The notes under the pieces are model-generated. The model ran no database searches, was not told the DNA's origin, and saw only the letters and a program-made list of their open reading frames with translations. This document shows positions 23,270 through 35,429 of a DNA stretch of 58,146 bases, piece after piece. Every line of letters begins with the position of its first letter. Position 1 is the first letter of the stretch. Origin of the DNA: Octopus sinensis (Eukaryota); assembly GCF_006345805.1 (NCBI RefSeq), contig NW_021832106.1, positions 1 through 58,146 of the forward strand, in the 5' to 3' direction. Position numbers and translations under genes: made by a program.

Positions 23270-26200
23270 TGTGACATGGTTTGCGCGATACCTATGGGCC
23301 GCGTGATACCTGACGCGACCTTGAAATGTGCAATTATGACATTGATGGGATTAAATTATAAATCTTTTAATTAGACCGCGACTCATTCTTATCATTTAAT
23401 AATTTACTAAATTAGCTAAAGACTCTCTCATTTTGACAAAAAATTATATTTGTAAGAATTTAATTATCAGAAATTAATTTTTTGGTGGGAAACCTAAATT
23501 TCTTGAGTTATTTCTAGCGTGCAAGTATGTTTTGCAGCAATGTCCTCGTACAAAGGTTATGTAAAGAATAGTTTGGAATATCAAATTTTAAAAGATGTTT
23601 TACAGGATAAATTTCCTGAACATCTTACAAAGCAAAAAAAATATAGACTAGTTAAGAAAATTGAAAATTTTACTGTAATTAATGAAAGGTATCATACAAA
23701 TTGTAAATGTATAGATTGTATCTTAAATGTGCGAATTCAGATCACAAGCTAGTGATTTGTCTGGACAATGAACCCGAAATGGAGATCGTTGCTAAAAGTT
23801 TGCATGACTTCTTGCATGGAGGAGTTAACAAAATTGAATATGAATGTCGACAACGATATTTCACAGTTAAAATGAGATTATTCGAAAAGTCATTCGAAAC
23901 TGTGAAATTTGTAAATTTGCGCGACCCTTAAAAGTTTTAACTTTTTTAAATCCTAGATTGGAGATATAAATAACCATGTCTTTGCATCTTGCCCAAATGA
24001 AAGATTTCAGATATATCTTATAGATCTGAAAAGTTTTTCTACTATAAATAAAAATTTTAAATGGATTTTAACGGTCATCTTAATAATAAAATGGTATGGT
24101 GTGTGTCTGTCTGTGTGTCTGTCTGTCTGTCTGTCTGTCTGTGTGTGCACACCAACTTCAAATTGGCAATACGATGTCCTCGACTTACATGATGAGGTCC
24201 TTAAAACCTTCCCCCCAAAAAAATAAAAAAAAAATTTTCTGCATTTTGGTTAAAATGAACAACTACAATGTCCTCGACTTACATGATGAAGTCCTTAAAA
24301 CCTTCCCCCCCAAAAAAAATTAAAAAAAAATTTTCTGCATTTTGGTTAAAATGAACAACTACAATGTCCTCGACTTACATGATGAAGTCCTTAAAACCTT
24401 CCCCCCAAAAAAATTAAAAAAAAATTTTCTGCATTTTGTTAAAATGAACAACTACAATGTCCTCGACTTACATGATGAAGTCCTTAAAACCTTCCCCCCC
24501 AAAAAAATTAAAAAAAAATTTTCTGCATTTTGTTAAAATGAACAACTACAATGTCCTCGACTTACATGATGAAGTCCTTAAAACCTTCCCCCCCAAAAAA
24601 ATTAAAAAAAAATTTTCTGCATTTTGGTTAAAATGAACAACTACAATGTCCTCGACTTACATGATGAAGTCCTTAAAACCTTCCCCCCCAAAAAAATTAA
24701 AAAAAAATTTTCTGCATTTTGGTTAAAATGAACAACTACAATGTCCTCGACTTACATGATGAAGTCCTTAAAACCTTCCCCCCAAAAAAATAAAAAAAAA
24801 TTTTCTGCATTTTGGTTAAAATGAACAACTACAATGTCCTCGACTTACATGATGAAGTCCTTAAAACCTTCCCCCCCAAAAAAAATTAAAAAAAAATTTT
24901 CTGCATTTTGGTTAAAATGAACAACTACAATGTCCTCGACTTACATGATGAAGTCCTTAAAACCTTCCCTCCCAAAAAAAATTAAAAAAAAATTTTCTGC
25001 ATTTTGGTTAAAATGAACAACTACAATGTCCTCGACTTACATGATGAAGTCCTTAAAACCTTCCCCCCAAAAAATCAAAAAATTATTTTCTGCATTTTGA
25101 TTAAAATGAACAACGCGAATGTCCTCGACATTCATGATGAGGTCCATTAAAACCTTCAAGGCAAAAATCTCACGTATTAAGAATATCCTTGATGAAAACG
25201 ACAGCGAGAATATTAACAATGATGAACTCCCAATTATTCGCGATAAAGAAATTCAATTCATCCTATGTTTTTCTCTTTAAAATTAAATGCATATATCATT
25301 ATCGACCATGAATCAAAATTAAAGCTATTATCATATTTGACTTTGACAGAATGTGCAATCACAGATTGCACGACTTTGAATAGAGTGTGCAATTAACAGA
25401 TTTTGAAAAACCACTTTGATAGTTGAAACCACATTAGCACAATCATTAACACATTTACCACCAATTGACGCACGACCTTGAATAGAGTGTGCAATTAACA
25501 GATTTTGAAAAACACTTTGATAGTTGAAACCACATTAGCACAACCATTAACACAATTTACCACCAATTGACAGCGCAATCAGAAGAATTTGCGTAAAAAT
25601 ATTAACTATTTACTTGAGTTTTTCGTAAAGATAGAATTTATTTTCGGTATGCCTCTTTTCCTAAACTTTTTTATTATTCAAAAATAATTTTTTAAATAGA
25701 TAACCGAAGGAGGAAAAACGAAGCTGAAGAAAAAACGGTCAGCTTAATAAGGTAATTAATTAAATCTTTTTTGTGTGTCGCTTTCTTGCCTGCCGCATCT
25801 CCCCCTGCCCCATTTCCGCCAGTAAAACAAAAAAATAAAAAAAGAAAAAAAGGAAATTACAAAGGAAAAATGAAAAAATTAAATATAAAAAAAATAGACC
25901 ACAAAAAATGAAAAAAAAAGTTTGCAATGACAATAAACAAGGCCCAGGGACAGTCATTAAAGGTAGTTGGGTTATTTTTAGAGAGTGAGTGCTTTTCACA
26001 TGGACAGCTGTATGTGGGATGCTCGAGGGTAGGCAGAAGAGAAAATTTATTCATATATGCCAAGGAAGGACGGACGACAAACATCGTTTATCAACAGGCG
26101 ATAGAATAGGGTTACATTAAACCAGGTAGTTTTATACATCTACATAAACTTATAGTTGTTTGATGAAACAGGCCCTCCGCAGGAGCTAGGTCGCGGTGAG

Positions 26201-27086
26201 CGAAGCGAGCTGCCGAGCTAGTTGACGTATATAGCAGGTTAGTTTTTTTAACAATTTTTATAGATTTGCATTTGCGAGGCCGCTCTACACTAAGTCCTCA
26301 AATGAAGTTTGTGAAAACCTTATTTTTCTTAAATGGTCCGTGTCAATTTCTTCAGTCCGATAATGGGACTGAATTCAAGAATCGTGAAATGACCAATCTA
26401 TGTGAGGAATTCAATATCAAACGAATTCACGGAAGGCCAAACAATCCCCGCTCACAAGGGATTGTCGAACGCTTCAACCAGTCAATTACAAGAAAAATGG
26501 CAAAAATGATCGACAATGATAATAAAAAGTGGCTGGAAAAATTAGAAAATGCAGTGTACAGTTATAACATTTCTGTCCACTCATCTTCTAATGAGAGCCC
26601 TTTTGAAAGATACCGGGGAATAAGTGGAATAAATACAATATTTTATGGTTGTAATTATAAAATTATTCCTTAGATAATTCAAGTAATGATTTGTTGAGTC
26701 CTGATCAAGTCGATGATGCAAACAATTGTCCGAGTCCAATTGAAAATTCATGTAATTTGAATTTCTATATGTAGATGATTGTAATTATTCGTTTACAAGT
26801 CCGAAAAGATTGCGACTGAATAAGTTTGAATCTCCATATTATCCATCTGCAGAAATTATCAGTATTTTATCAAACAATCGCGTTGAGGTAGTTTAAACAT
26901 TCAAATTTAATAGATAAAAAATTCGATGAGCGAAATTTCGATTGTGCCAATGTCCAGACTTAAAAAATAATTAACAAGTTATTATTCTTTGAAGTTTAAT
27001 ATTAATTACAATATTGACATTAAGTTAAGCTGCAAGGTCACGTCAGGTATCGCGCGGCCCATAGGTATCACGCAAACCATGTCACA
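23270..27086 (+). mobile_element. Ginger-like DNA transposon (Gypsy-type integrase, TIRs), disrupted by Helitron B
   Basis: About 54-bp imperfect TIRs TGTGACATGGTTTGCG.., with 5-bp TSD TATTA at 23265-23269 and 27087-27091. Spliced ORF from 23540: HHCC (HDFLHGG..CEIC), RFQI.LID, ILTVIDVYSRF, LQSDNGTEF, SQGIVERFN, YN...H...SPF. Introns at 23689-23714, 23934-23956 and 26238-26263. Confidence 0.85.
24078..26221 (+). mobile_element. Helitron copy B (about 10 array units), full length
   Basis: TC...CTAG inserted at acggtca|ttgacg (A|T, no TSD), inside the integrase TVID codons. Confidence 0.95.
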
Positions 27087-27277
27087 TATTATCATATTTG
27101 ACTTTGACAGAATGTGCAATCACAGATTGCACGACTTTGAATAGAGTGTGCAATTAACAGATTTTGAAAAACCACTTTGATAGTTGAAACCACATTAGCA
27201 CAATCATTAACACAATTTACCACCAATTGACGCACGACCTTGAATAGAGTGTGCAATTAACAGATTTTTGAAAAACA

Positions 27278-27520
27278 AGGAGCTCTCTGAACGGTATCTG
27301 TTCACTCCCATCGCCGTCGAGACTTCCGGCGTCATCGGCGAAAAGTCTCTTTCCTTTCTAAAAAAGCTTGGCCGCATGATCTCCCATAAACGGGGAGACC
27401 CACGCGAGTCCAAGTGGCTTTTCGAAAGGATTTCCTTGGCCATAGTACGTGGAAACTGTGTTTCCATTTACGATGCCGGGAATTTAGTTAGTTAATAACT
27501 ATTTGTTAATTACATATAAT
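27278..27520 (+). mobile_element. CRE-like RLE stub inserted in Helitron A
   Basis: YLFTPIAVETSGVIGEKSLSFLKKLG..SKWLFERISLAIVRGN; the empty site gaaaaaca|ctttgatag is seen in copy B. Confidence 0.9.
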
Positions 27521-27614
27521 CTTTGATAGTTGAAACCACATTAGCACAACCATTAACACAATTTACCACCAATTGACAGCGCAATCAGAAGAATTTGCGT
27601 AAAAATATTAACTA

Positions 27615-29877
27615 CTAGCTCGGCAGCTCGCTTCGCTCACCGCGACCTAGCTCCTGCGGAGGGCCTGTTTCATCAAACAACTATAAGTTTATGTAGATGT
27701 ATAAAACTACCTGGTTTAATGTAACCCTATTCTATCGCCTGTTGATAAACGATGTTTGTCGTCCGTCCTTCCTTGGCATATATGAATAAATTTTCTCTTC
27801 TGCCTACCCTCGAGCATCCCACATACAGCTGTCCATGTGAAAAGCACTCACTCTCTAAAAATAACCCAACTACCTTTAATGACTGTCCCTGGGCCTTGTT
27901 TATTGTCATTGCAAACTTTTTTTTTCATTTTTTGTGGTTTATTTTTTTTATATTTAATTTTTTCATTTTTCCTTTGTAATTTCCTTTTTTTTCTTTTTTT
28001 ATTTTTTTGTTTTTTACTGGCGGAAATGGGGCAGGGGGAGATGCGGCAGGCGGAAATTCGGCAGGCAAGAAAGCGACACACAAAAAAGCGACACACAAAA
28101 AAGATTTAATTAATTACCTTATTAAGCTGACCGTTTTTTCTTCAGCTTCGTTTTTCCTCCTTCGGTTATCTATTAAAAAATTATTTTTGAATAATAAAAA
28201 AGTTTAGGAAAAGAGGCATACCGAAAATAAATTCTATCTTTACGAAAAACTCAAGTAAATAGTTAATATTTTTACGCAAATTCTTCTGATTGCGCTGTCA
28301 ATTGGTGGTAAATTGTGTTAATGGTTGTGCTAATGTGGTTTCAACTATCAAAGTGTTTTTCAAAATCTGTTAATTGCACACTCTATTCAAGGTCGTGCGT
28401 CAATTGGTGGTAAATTGTGTTAATGATTGTGCTAATGTGGTTTCAACTATCAAAGTGGTTTTTCAAAATCTGTTAATTGCACACTCTATTCAAAGTCGTG
28501 CAATCTGTGATTGCACATTCTGTCAAAGTCAAATATGATAATAGCTTTAATTTTGATTCATGGTCGATAATGATATATGCATTTAATTTTAAAGAGAAAA
28601 ACATAGGATGAATTGAATTTCTTTATCGCGAATAATTGGGAGTTCATCATTGTTAATATTCTCGCTGTCGTTTTCATCAAGGATATTCTTAATACGTGAG
28701 ATTTTTGCCTTGAAGGTTTTAATGGACCTCATCATGAATGTCGAGGACATTCGCGTTGTTAATTTTAATCAAAATGCAGAAAATAATTTTTTGATTTTTT
28801 GGGGGAAAGGTTTTAAGGACTTCATCATGTAAGTCGAGGACATTGTAGTTGTTCATTTTAACCAAAATGCAGAAAATTTTTTTTTAATTTTTTTTGGGGG
28901 GGAAGGTTTTAAGGACTTCATCATGTAAGTCGAGGACATTGTAGTTGTTCATTTTAACCAAAATGCAGAAAATTTTTTTTTAATTTTTTTTGGGGGGAAG
29001 GTTTTAAGGACTTCATCATGTAAGTCGAGGACATTGTAGTTGTTCATTTTAACAAAATGCAGAAAATTTTTTTTTAATTTTTTTGGGGGGGAAGGTTTTA
29101 AGGACTTCATCATGTAAGTCGAGGACATTGTAGTTGTTCATTTTAACCAAAATGCAGAAAATTTTTTTTTAATTTTTTTTGGGGGGGAGGTTTTAAGGAC
29201 TTCATCATGTAAGTCGAGGACATTGTAGTTGTTCATTTTAACCAAAATGCAGAAAATTTTTTTTTAATTTTTTTTGGGGGGAAGGTTTTAAGGACTTCAT
29301 CATGTAAGTCGAGGACATTGTAGTTGTTCATTTTAACCAAAATGCAGAAAATTTTTTTTTAATTTTTTTTGGGGGGAAGGTTTTAAGGACTTCATCATGT
29401 AAGTCGAGGACATTGTAGTTGTTCATTTTAACCAAAATGCAGAAAATTTTTTTTTAATTTTTTTTGGGGGGAAGGTTTTAAGGACTTCATCATGTAAGTC
29501 GAGGACATTGTAGTTGTTCATTTTAACCAAAATGCAGAAAATTTTTTTTTAATTTTTTTTGGGGGGGAAGGTTTTAAGGACTTCATCATGTAAGTCGAGG
29601 ACATTGTAGTTGTTCATTTTAACCAAAATGCAGAAAATTTTTTTTAATTTTTTTTGGGGGGAAGGTTTTAAGGACTTCATCATGTAAGTCGAGGACATTG
29701 TAGTTGTTCATTTTAACCAAAATGCAGAAAATTTTTTTTTAATTTGTTTGGGGGGGAAGGTTTTAAGGACTTCATCATGTAAGTCGAGGATATCGTATTG
29801 CCAATTTGAAGTTGGTGTGCACACACAGACAGACAGACAGACAGACAGACACACACCATACCATTTTATTATTAAGA
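27615..29877 (-). mobile_element. Helitron copy C (about 11 array units), full length, inserted in copy A
   Basis: CTAG at 27615-27618 and 5' end at 29877; empty site aatattaacta|tttacttgag as in copy B. Confidence 0.95.
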
Positions 29878-30619
29878 TTTACTTGAGTTTTTCGTAAAGA
29901 TAGAATTTATTTTCGGTATGCCTCTTTCCTAAACTTTTTTATTATTCAAAAATAATTTTTTAAATAGATAACCGAAGGAGGAAAAACGAAGCTGAAGAAA
30001 AACGGTCAGCTTAATAAGGTAATTAATTAAATCTTTTTTGTGTGTCGCTTTTTTGTGTGTCGCTTTCTTGCCTGCCGCATTTCCGCCTGCCGCATCTCCC
30101 CCTGCCCCATTTCCGCCAGTAAAAAACAAAAAAAGAAAAAAAAGGAAATTACAAAGGAAAAATGAAAAAATTAAATATAAAAAAAAATAAACCACAAAAA
30201 ATGAAAAAAAAAGTGTGCAATGACAATAAACAAGGCCCAGGGACAGTCATTAAAGGTAGTTGGGTTATTTTTAGAGAGTGAGTGCTTTTCACATGGACAG
30301 CTGTATGTGGGATGCTCGAGGGTAGGCAGAAGAGAAAATTTATTCATATATGCCAAGGAAGGACGGACGACAAACATCGTTTATCAACAGGCGATAGAAT
30401 AGGGTTACATTAAACCAGGTAGTTTTATACATCTACATAAACTTATAGTTGTTTGATGAAACAGGCCCTCCGCAGGAGCTAGGTCGCGGTGAGCGAAGCG
30501 AGCTGCCGAGCTAGTTAACCTATAAACTAAAAAAATTAACTTAAAAATTTAACTTAACTAAGCAATAAAAAACTAAAACTTTTTGTTACAAATTGAAAAA
30601 CTTGATAAAATTCTCAGGG

Positions 30620-31850
30620 AAGCTATACTGGATTTTTTCCAAAAATCTTCGGTCAGAAAATACATCATGTCAAATAGTAACAGAAAAACCAGGATAGACG
30701 AATCTTTGGGAAAACTTATAAAATGGAAGGGAAACCTTGAAAAAAGCTAAGACGATGCAGTGACCTCATAGATTTTATTCGTTTTCGCGATAAGATTTGT
30801 ATCGTGAAAACAGAGATAAATGATGTCGCAAAAAAACGTTCAGATCTTGGTTGGAAGAGTCAATGCTCGAAACTGAATAAGAAAAATCATCATTTTTGGA
30901 AGGTTTTCAACAGACTAAGTAATATGGAGAACAAAGGAGTAGAGATCCGACTAAAAAACTGAAGGAATAGTTATCCCGCTTGATGAAGTTCTTTCACATT
31001 TGCGAAAACAGCTGGCAAAAGTTCAAGAAATGAACCCGATAGACATGGTTCCGAAAGAAGTTACATGTGAGACACAGAGAAGTCTGCGAGCTAACTTGAG
31101 TTATACAGGACCACTGTGCAGAGATATAACGTTGGAAGAAACGTATGCCGCTATTATGAGCTGCAAGAACAATGCACCCAGCCATGACTACATTCCAATT
31201 ACTGTATTCAAACATGCCCCAATTATTCTCCTACGATACTTGACCGCACTATACAATGCAAGCTGGAGATTTGGATACGTACCGGACTCTTGGAAAAAGT
31301 CAATCGTACGTATGATTCCAAAGCCTGGAAAAATGAAGGACCATGCAGAGAACTATAGGCCGATAAGCCTAATATGCTCCGTCTCTAAAATTATGGAACG
31401 GATTGTCTTCACAAGACTTTCAAACTTTGTAGAGGAATCAGGTGCACTTGCAGCTGAGCAGTTGGGTTTCCGACAAAAAAGATCCTGCAGAGATTGTTTC
31501 GAAGAACTCGAGAAAGCCATCTCGCTTAGTCCTGCAAACAATATAGCGACTATTGCTATCTACCTCGATGTCTCAAAAGCTTTTGACAGCGTATGGCACC
31601 TGGGCCTCTTGGAAAGTATCGCCAAAATAAAACTCGAGTCTAGAACGATCAATTGGCTGAAAAGCTTCTATACATGAGGCGGTCATACATACGATGCGGA
31701 AACCGTTTGTCGAAATCTGTCAATCTCGAAAGAGGGGTACCTAAAGGCTCGGTCTAGAGCCCTATACTTGTTAATATTTACGTTGCTGATATTCCAAAAC
31801 CGAAAGATTCTACCAGTAATCTCATGATCTACTTGAAAAGACGAGACGAT
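30620..31850 (+). pseudogene. LINE RT fragment (Jockey/I-like)
   Basis: NNAPSHDYIP, WKKSIVRMIPKPGK, YRPISLI, EQLGFR, YLDVSKAFDSVWH and GVPKGS, with stops and frameshifts. Confidence 0.9.
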
Positions 31851-31854
31851 TGAA

Positions 31855-32190
31855 GAGAATTTGGTAGAATTGACTAATGATTGACAAATTAATTAAAATA
31901 TTGGAGCAGACTAAAACTTTCATTGATTAGCTTGTTTACTTATAATTTAAAGTAAATTACTTTTGGCCATATGGCCATATGGATAGGAATTTAAAAAACC
32001 TGCTTTCATTCTACTGTAAAATACTACAGACTAAGAAAGTCAGGTAATGAAACAAATCAAATAAATAAGGGTGTGTGTAAATGCAACCCTCAAGTGGTTG
32101 TATGGGGCATAAAAAGGAAACGCCTCTTTTTTAACACCAAAAAATTCAATTTGCATGGAAGTTCATTTTTAAACTTCAAATCAATTTAAT
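31855..32190 (+). repeat. Family M core copy
   Basis: tttggtagaattgactaatg..gcagactaaaac..ggccatatggatag..gtggttgtatggggcataaaaagg. Confidence 0.75.
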
Positions 32191-32480
32191 CGTGCCTCGT
32201 CGAACCGGTCGGACTTGATCGGGGAGACGGCAAAAGGCCTGACGGGATGACAATATTCCCGTACTTGTCGCGGAAGGCCCTCGTATGGGATGTTACCGTT
32301 GTGGATACCTTTTCAAAGTCGAGGATCCATTCTTCCGCCGCGAACCCTTGTTCGGCCGCAAACCACGCCGAAAAGATGAAGCTACAAAAATATTCTTCGC
32401 TCGCGGACCGCTAGCGCGTTACGCCAATCGCCCTGGAGACTGCTGGAGCCGCGGGAAATCCGCCCAAATAATAGACCCTA
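32191..32480 (+). mobile_element. CRE-like RLE stub
   Basis: CLVEPVGLDRGDGKRPDGMTIFPY..ALVWDVTVVDTF. Confidence 0.85.
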
Positions 32481-32689
32481 AATAAGATACATCTGGACTC
32501 AATCAAATCCATCCCTCAACGAATTTTTCATCAAGTTTGGGAAACTTGAGATTTGCTTTTTTAAGGCTAGATTGTGTATCTTTTTATCTTTGAGAAGAGA
32601 ATCTTTTTTCAAATGAATGTTGTTGATTGTTTTTCGAGAAATTTTTTTATTAAACAAAAAGGAAAAATCTTTCGGCCAAAAATTTAGGA

Positions 32690-33084
32690 CAGTGGTTCTC
32701 AAACTAGGGTAAGCAAAAAATGTATTTAATTTTCGGCACAATTAAATGAATTTTGGTGTAGAATGATATCAAAATGTCATAAAATTGGATTTTATATAAT
32801 CGAATTTTTGATTTTGTTTCCGACTACATATCTCTGCGAACAGAGATTTTCATCGTTGTTTAGTTTAAAATCAGTTCATCGTGCGAGGCTGAATGTTGTT
32901 CATGATATTCGTGTGACATTCGTCAATAAATCCAAAAGTCGATAGATTAGTTGTTGATAAACAACACCATTAATCTCATTATTAAATAATTTTTTTATTA
33001 ATTTTTGAAAAATCTATAAAGGATACGCAAAAAATTATTTAGATGGCAAGAGGTATGCAAGGCAAAAAAGTTTGAGAACCACTG
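32690..33084 (+). mobile_element. hAT MITE (Buster/Charlie-like), 395 bp
   Basis: TIRs CAGTGGTTCTCAAACT / AGTTTGAGAACCACTG; partial TSD ATTTAGGA/ATTTAGAG; dimerization remnant FPTTYLCEQRFS. Confidence 0.85.
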
Positions 33085-33092
33085 ATTTAGAG

Positions 33093-33215
33093 ATTGGTTT
33101 AATCATCTCGAGGAAGAGTCACGACAGTCGTAAAACGAGCTGGCTTTTTCAGCGGATATCGTTCGCGATATTACGTGGAAATTGCCTGTCCATCCGCTCG
33201 GCGACTCATCTAAAT
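33093..33215 (+). mobile_element. CRE-like RLE stub
   Basis: GLIISRKSHDSRKTSWLFQRISFAILRGNC. Confidence 0.75.
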
Positions 33216-33291
33216 TAGTTAACTTTTCTATTTTACTTGTTATTTTGCACTCTAAAAAAAACTGATTTAGGAGATTCACATACGTCATGAA

Positions 33292-35171
33292 TAGGGCAAT
33301 TTTTTTCAGGCACTTAAAATTTATTTTTAGGACCTTAAAAATAGGCATTTTAGGACTTTATTTTTAATTTTTAGGACTTTATTCTACATTTTTAGGCACA
33401 TTTTAATAAGGTATTAAATCAAAAAGTCGTAAAAAATTATTTGTTATAGTAAGGTATTAAATAATTTTTGACATTTTCCGCATTGAAACCTCTATCTTTA
33501 GTAATTAATTTTTTAAGCATAGAAAATGCTCTTTCAACGGTTGATGATGTACACTGACATTTTCTTATTAGTCCATATTCTTCAGGGGAGATATTACTTT
33601 TCTCCATTTCTATAATTGATTCTATGTCATTTTTGTGTAATTTTTTTGTATGTATTCATTTATTTCTGCATTATCAGACGGAAATTTTAACAAACAAAGA
33701 TCTGAATGTGCATCATTTATTGTATAACTTGTGGATTCCATTTTTTTCAATATTTGATTAAGTATCTGATAATTTTCATTTATTTCCATTAGACTTTTTC
33801 TTAAGGTTGGCGATTCAATTGCTTGTTTTACTTTTTTAACTAATATTCCGTCGTCTTTGAAATTCTCCACAATTTCAGCAATTGATACAAAATTATTTGC
33901 ATAATAGTATGCTGCTTGCAGCCAACTACCCCATCTAGTTATGATGACGTCGGGCGGATAACCAATTGTAGAAAACATTTTTTTTCTAGTTTTGTTTTTC
34001 ACTATTGATGTCTTTATAGTCGCAATAAGATTATCAACGTCCGAATAATACGCCTTTACTCTGAGACAGCAATTATGTAACAAATGTGCAACACATGTTA
34101 CATGGAACATCCTAGGATAAAGCATTTTCAATGTTTTTCCGGCTAAAAATAATTCAACAAACTACCCAAAATCATATACGGGGCTGCATCAGAAAGAAAA
34201 AGAAGAAAATTATTGCGTATAATCTCGAATTTTTTAATCTCTTCATCGATAATCTGAAGAATTGTGTTAGCAGTTACAGATTCATATAAAGGTTCACACG
34301 AAATTAAATAGGTCTTCTCTGGATAAGCGATATTCCCAATGAGAACAACTACAAACTTCTGTCCATTTACGTCACCCTCGTCAACAACCATAAAAATCTT
34401 TTGAGATCTAAAAATTAATCATTTGTTAACCTTAGATCACTTTTATACTTGGATAATTTTTGTTCACTGATTGCAGGAATACAATTGCGACAGGCTGACT
34501 GGGAAGGAAGCGAAATATTCAATTTTTCAAACAATCCCTTTAAGCTTGGATTATTGAGCTTATGAAGAGGAATGTTTGCTTCAGAAAAGGCTTTGGCAAC
34601 TTCCATCGGCATACTCTGAAAGTCTTCCGTTTCGGTTTGACCGTTGAATAGGGAATCTAAGGATTGTTGGAATCCTTCATTGTTATCTAAAAAAAATAAT
34701 TTTAAATTACTCAAAAGCTTTAGATGTTTTGTAGATTGTCTATGCTGATCAATATAATATTTTTTTGATGCATTGACGTAGATCATACATATTTTACAAT
34801 ATAGACTGCCTTTAATCACTGTGAATTCTTTTACGTAAGTTTCATAGGCTTTTAGAGCTTTAGACTTTATTGTAGAACGTACACGTGGCATTTGAACACA
34901 AAAAAGTAATTTATAGCGTGCCTAATTTGTTATTTTTAAAATATTTTTTTGTAACATTTAAAAATAATTTATTTTAAAAATTTTTAAGACCTTAAAAAAA
35001 TTTTTAGGACCTTAAAAAAATTTTTTAGGACCTTAACAATTTTTTAAGCATTTAAGGCATTTATAACTCGTTGTAGATAAATCTATTTTAATTAAATTAT
35101 AGCTTAAATTAATTATTTAAATAAATAGACCTTTTGGTGCAAAAAGGCATTTTAGGCAAAAAATTGCCCTA
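33292..35171 (-). mobile_element. Near-intact autonomous-type hAT transposon, 1880 bp
   Basis: TIR TAGGGCAATTTTTT, perfect 8-bp TSD GTCATGAA (33284-33291 and 35172-35179), and subterminal taggaccttaaaa repeats at both ends. Confidence 0.9.
33437..34891 (-). CDS. hAT transposase (CGGBP1/DUF659-like), about 460 aa after splicing; one frameshift in an A-run near 33645
   Basis: BED-like finger (LYCKIC..QH..STKH), VVDE, FLSDAAPYM, HVTCVAHLLHNC and STVERAFS. Introns at 34143-34165 and 34408-34430 (23 nt each) restore the frame; a probable third at 34687-34710 (24 nt). Confidence 0.85.
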
Positions 35172-35429
35172 GTCATGAACCTGTTTTAAAAAATTTATTG
35201 TTTATAAATTACCAAAAGTCATAAAAATTAAGACTAATCCATCTCTATTTTTTACATTGACAAAATGTTAGACAATTTTGCAACAATAGTAAATGGATCT
35301 CCGTATGGTTTTTCGAACCTTATTAATCTAGGCGAAGGATTGGTCCCAGAATGCTTTTGAATGCGAGTCCTTTAAGTAATTAAATTATAATACAATATCA
35401 TGCAAATGATCTGAATTATAAAAAACAGC

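Larger units (their letters stand above)
21562..30514 (+). mobile_element. Helitron copy A (about 15 array units) carrying three direct insertions (Ginger-like element, RLE stub, Helitron C)
   Basis: TC start at 21562 after A and CTAG at 30511-30514 before T. The internal sequence is colinear with copy B once the inserts are removed. Confidence 0.9.

Noticed and set aside
23270-27086. LTR retrotransposon (TG...CA ends, 5-bp TSD, integrase)
   Set aside because: The ends are inverted rather than direct repeats, there is no gag, protease or RT, and the ORF has introns.
21630-29800. Regular repeat arrays as CRISPR loci
   Set aside because: The units are contiguous near-identical tandem copies with no unique spacers, there are no cas genes, and the context is eukaryotic.
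6833-30402. Many F/K/N-rich ORFs in the ORF track inside the Helitrons
   Set aside because: They are translations of homopolymer runs and array units. Only the 60-aa helicase C-terminus has recognisable homology, and it is a fragment.
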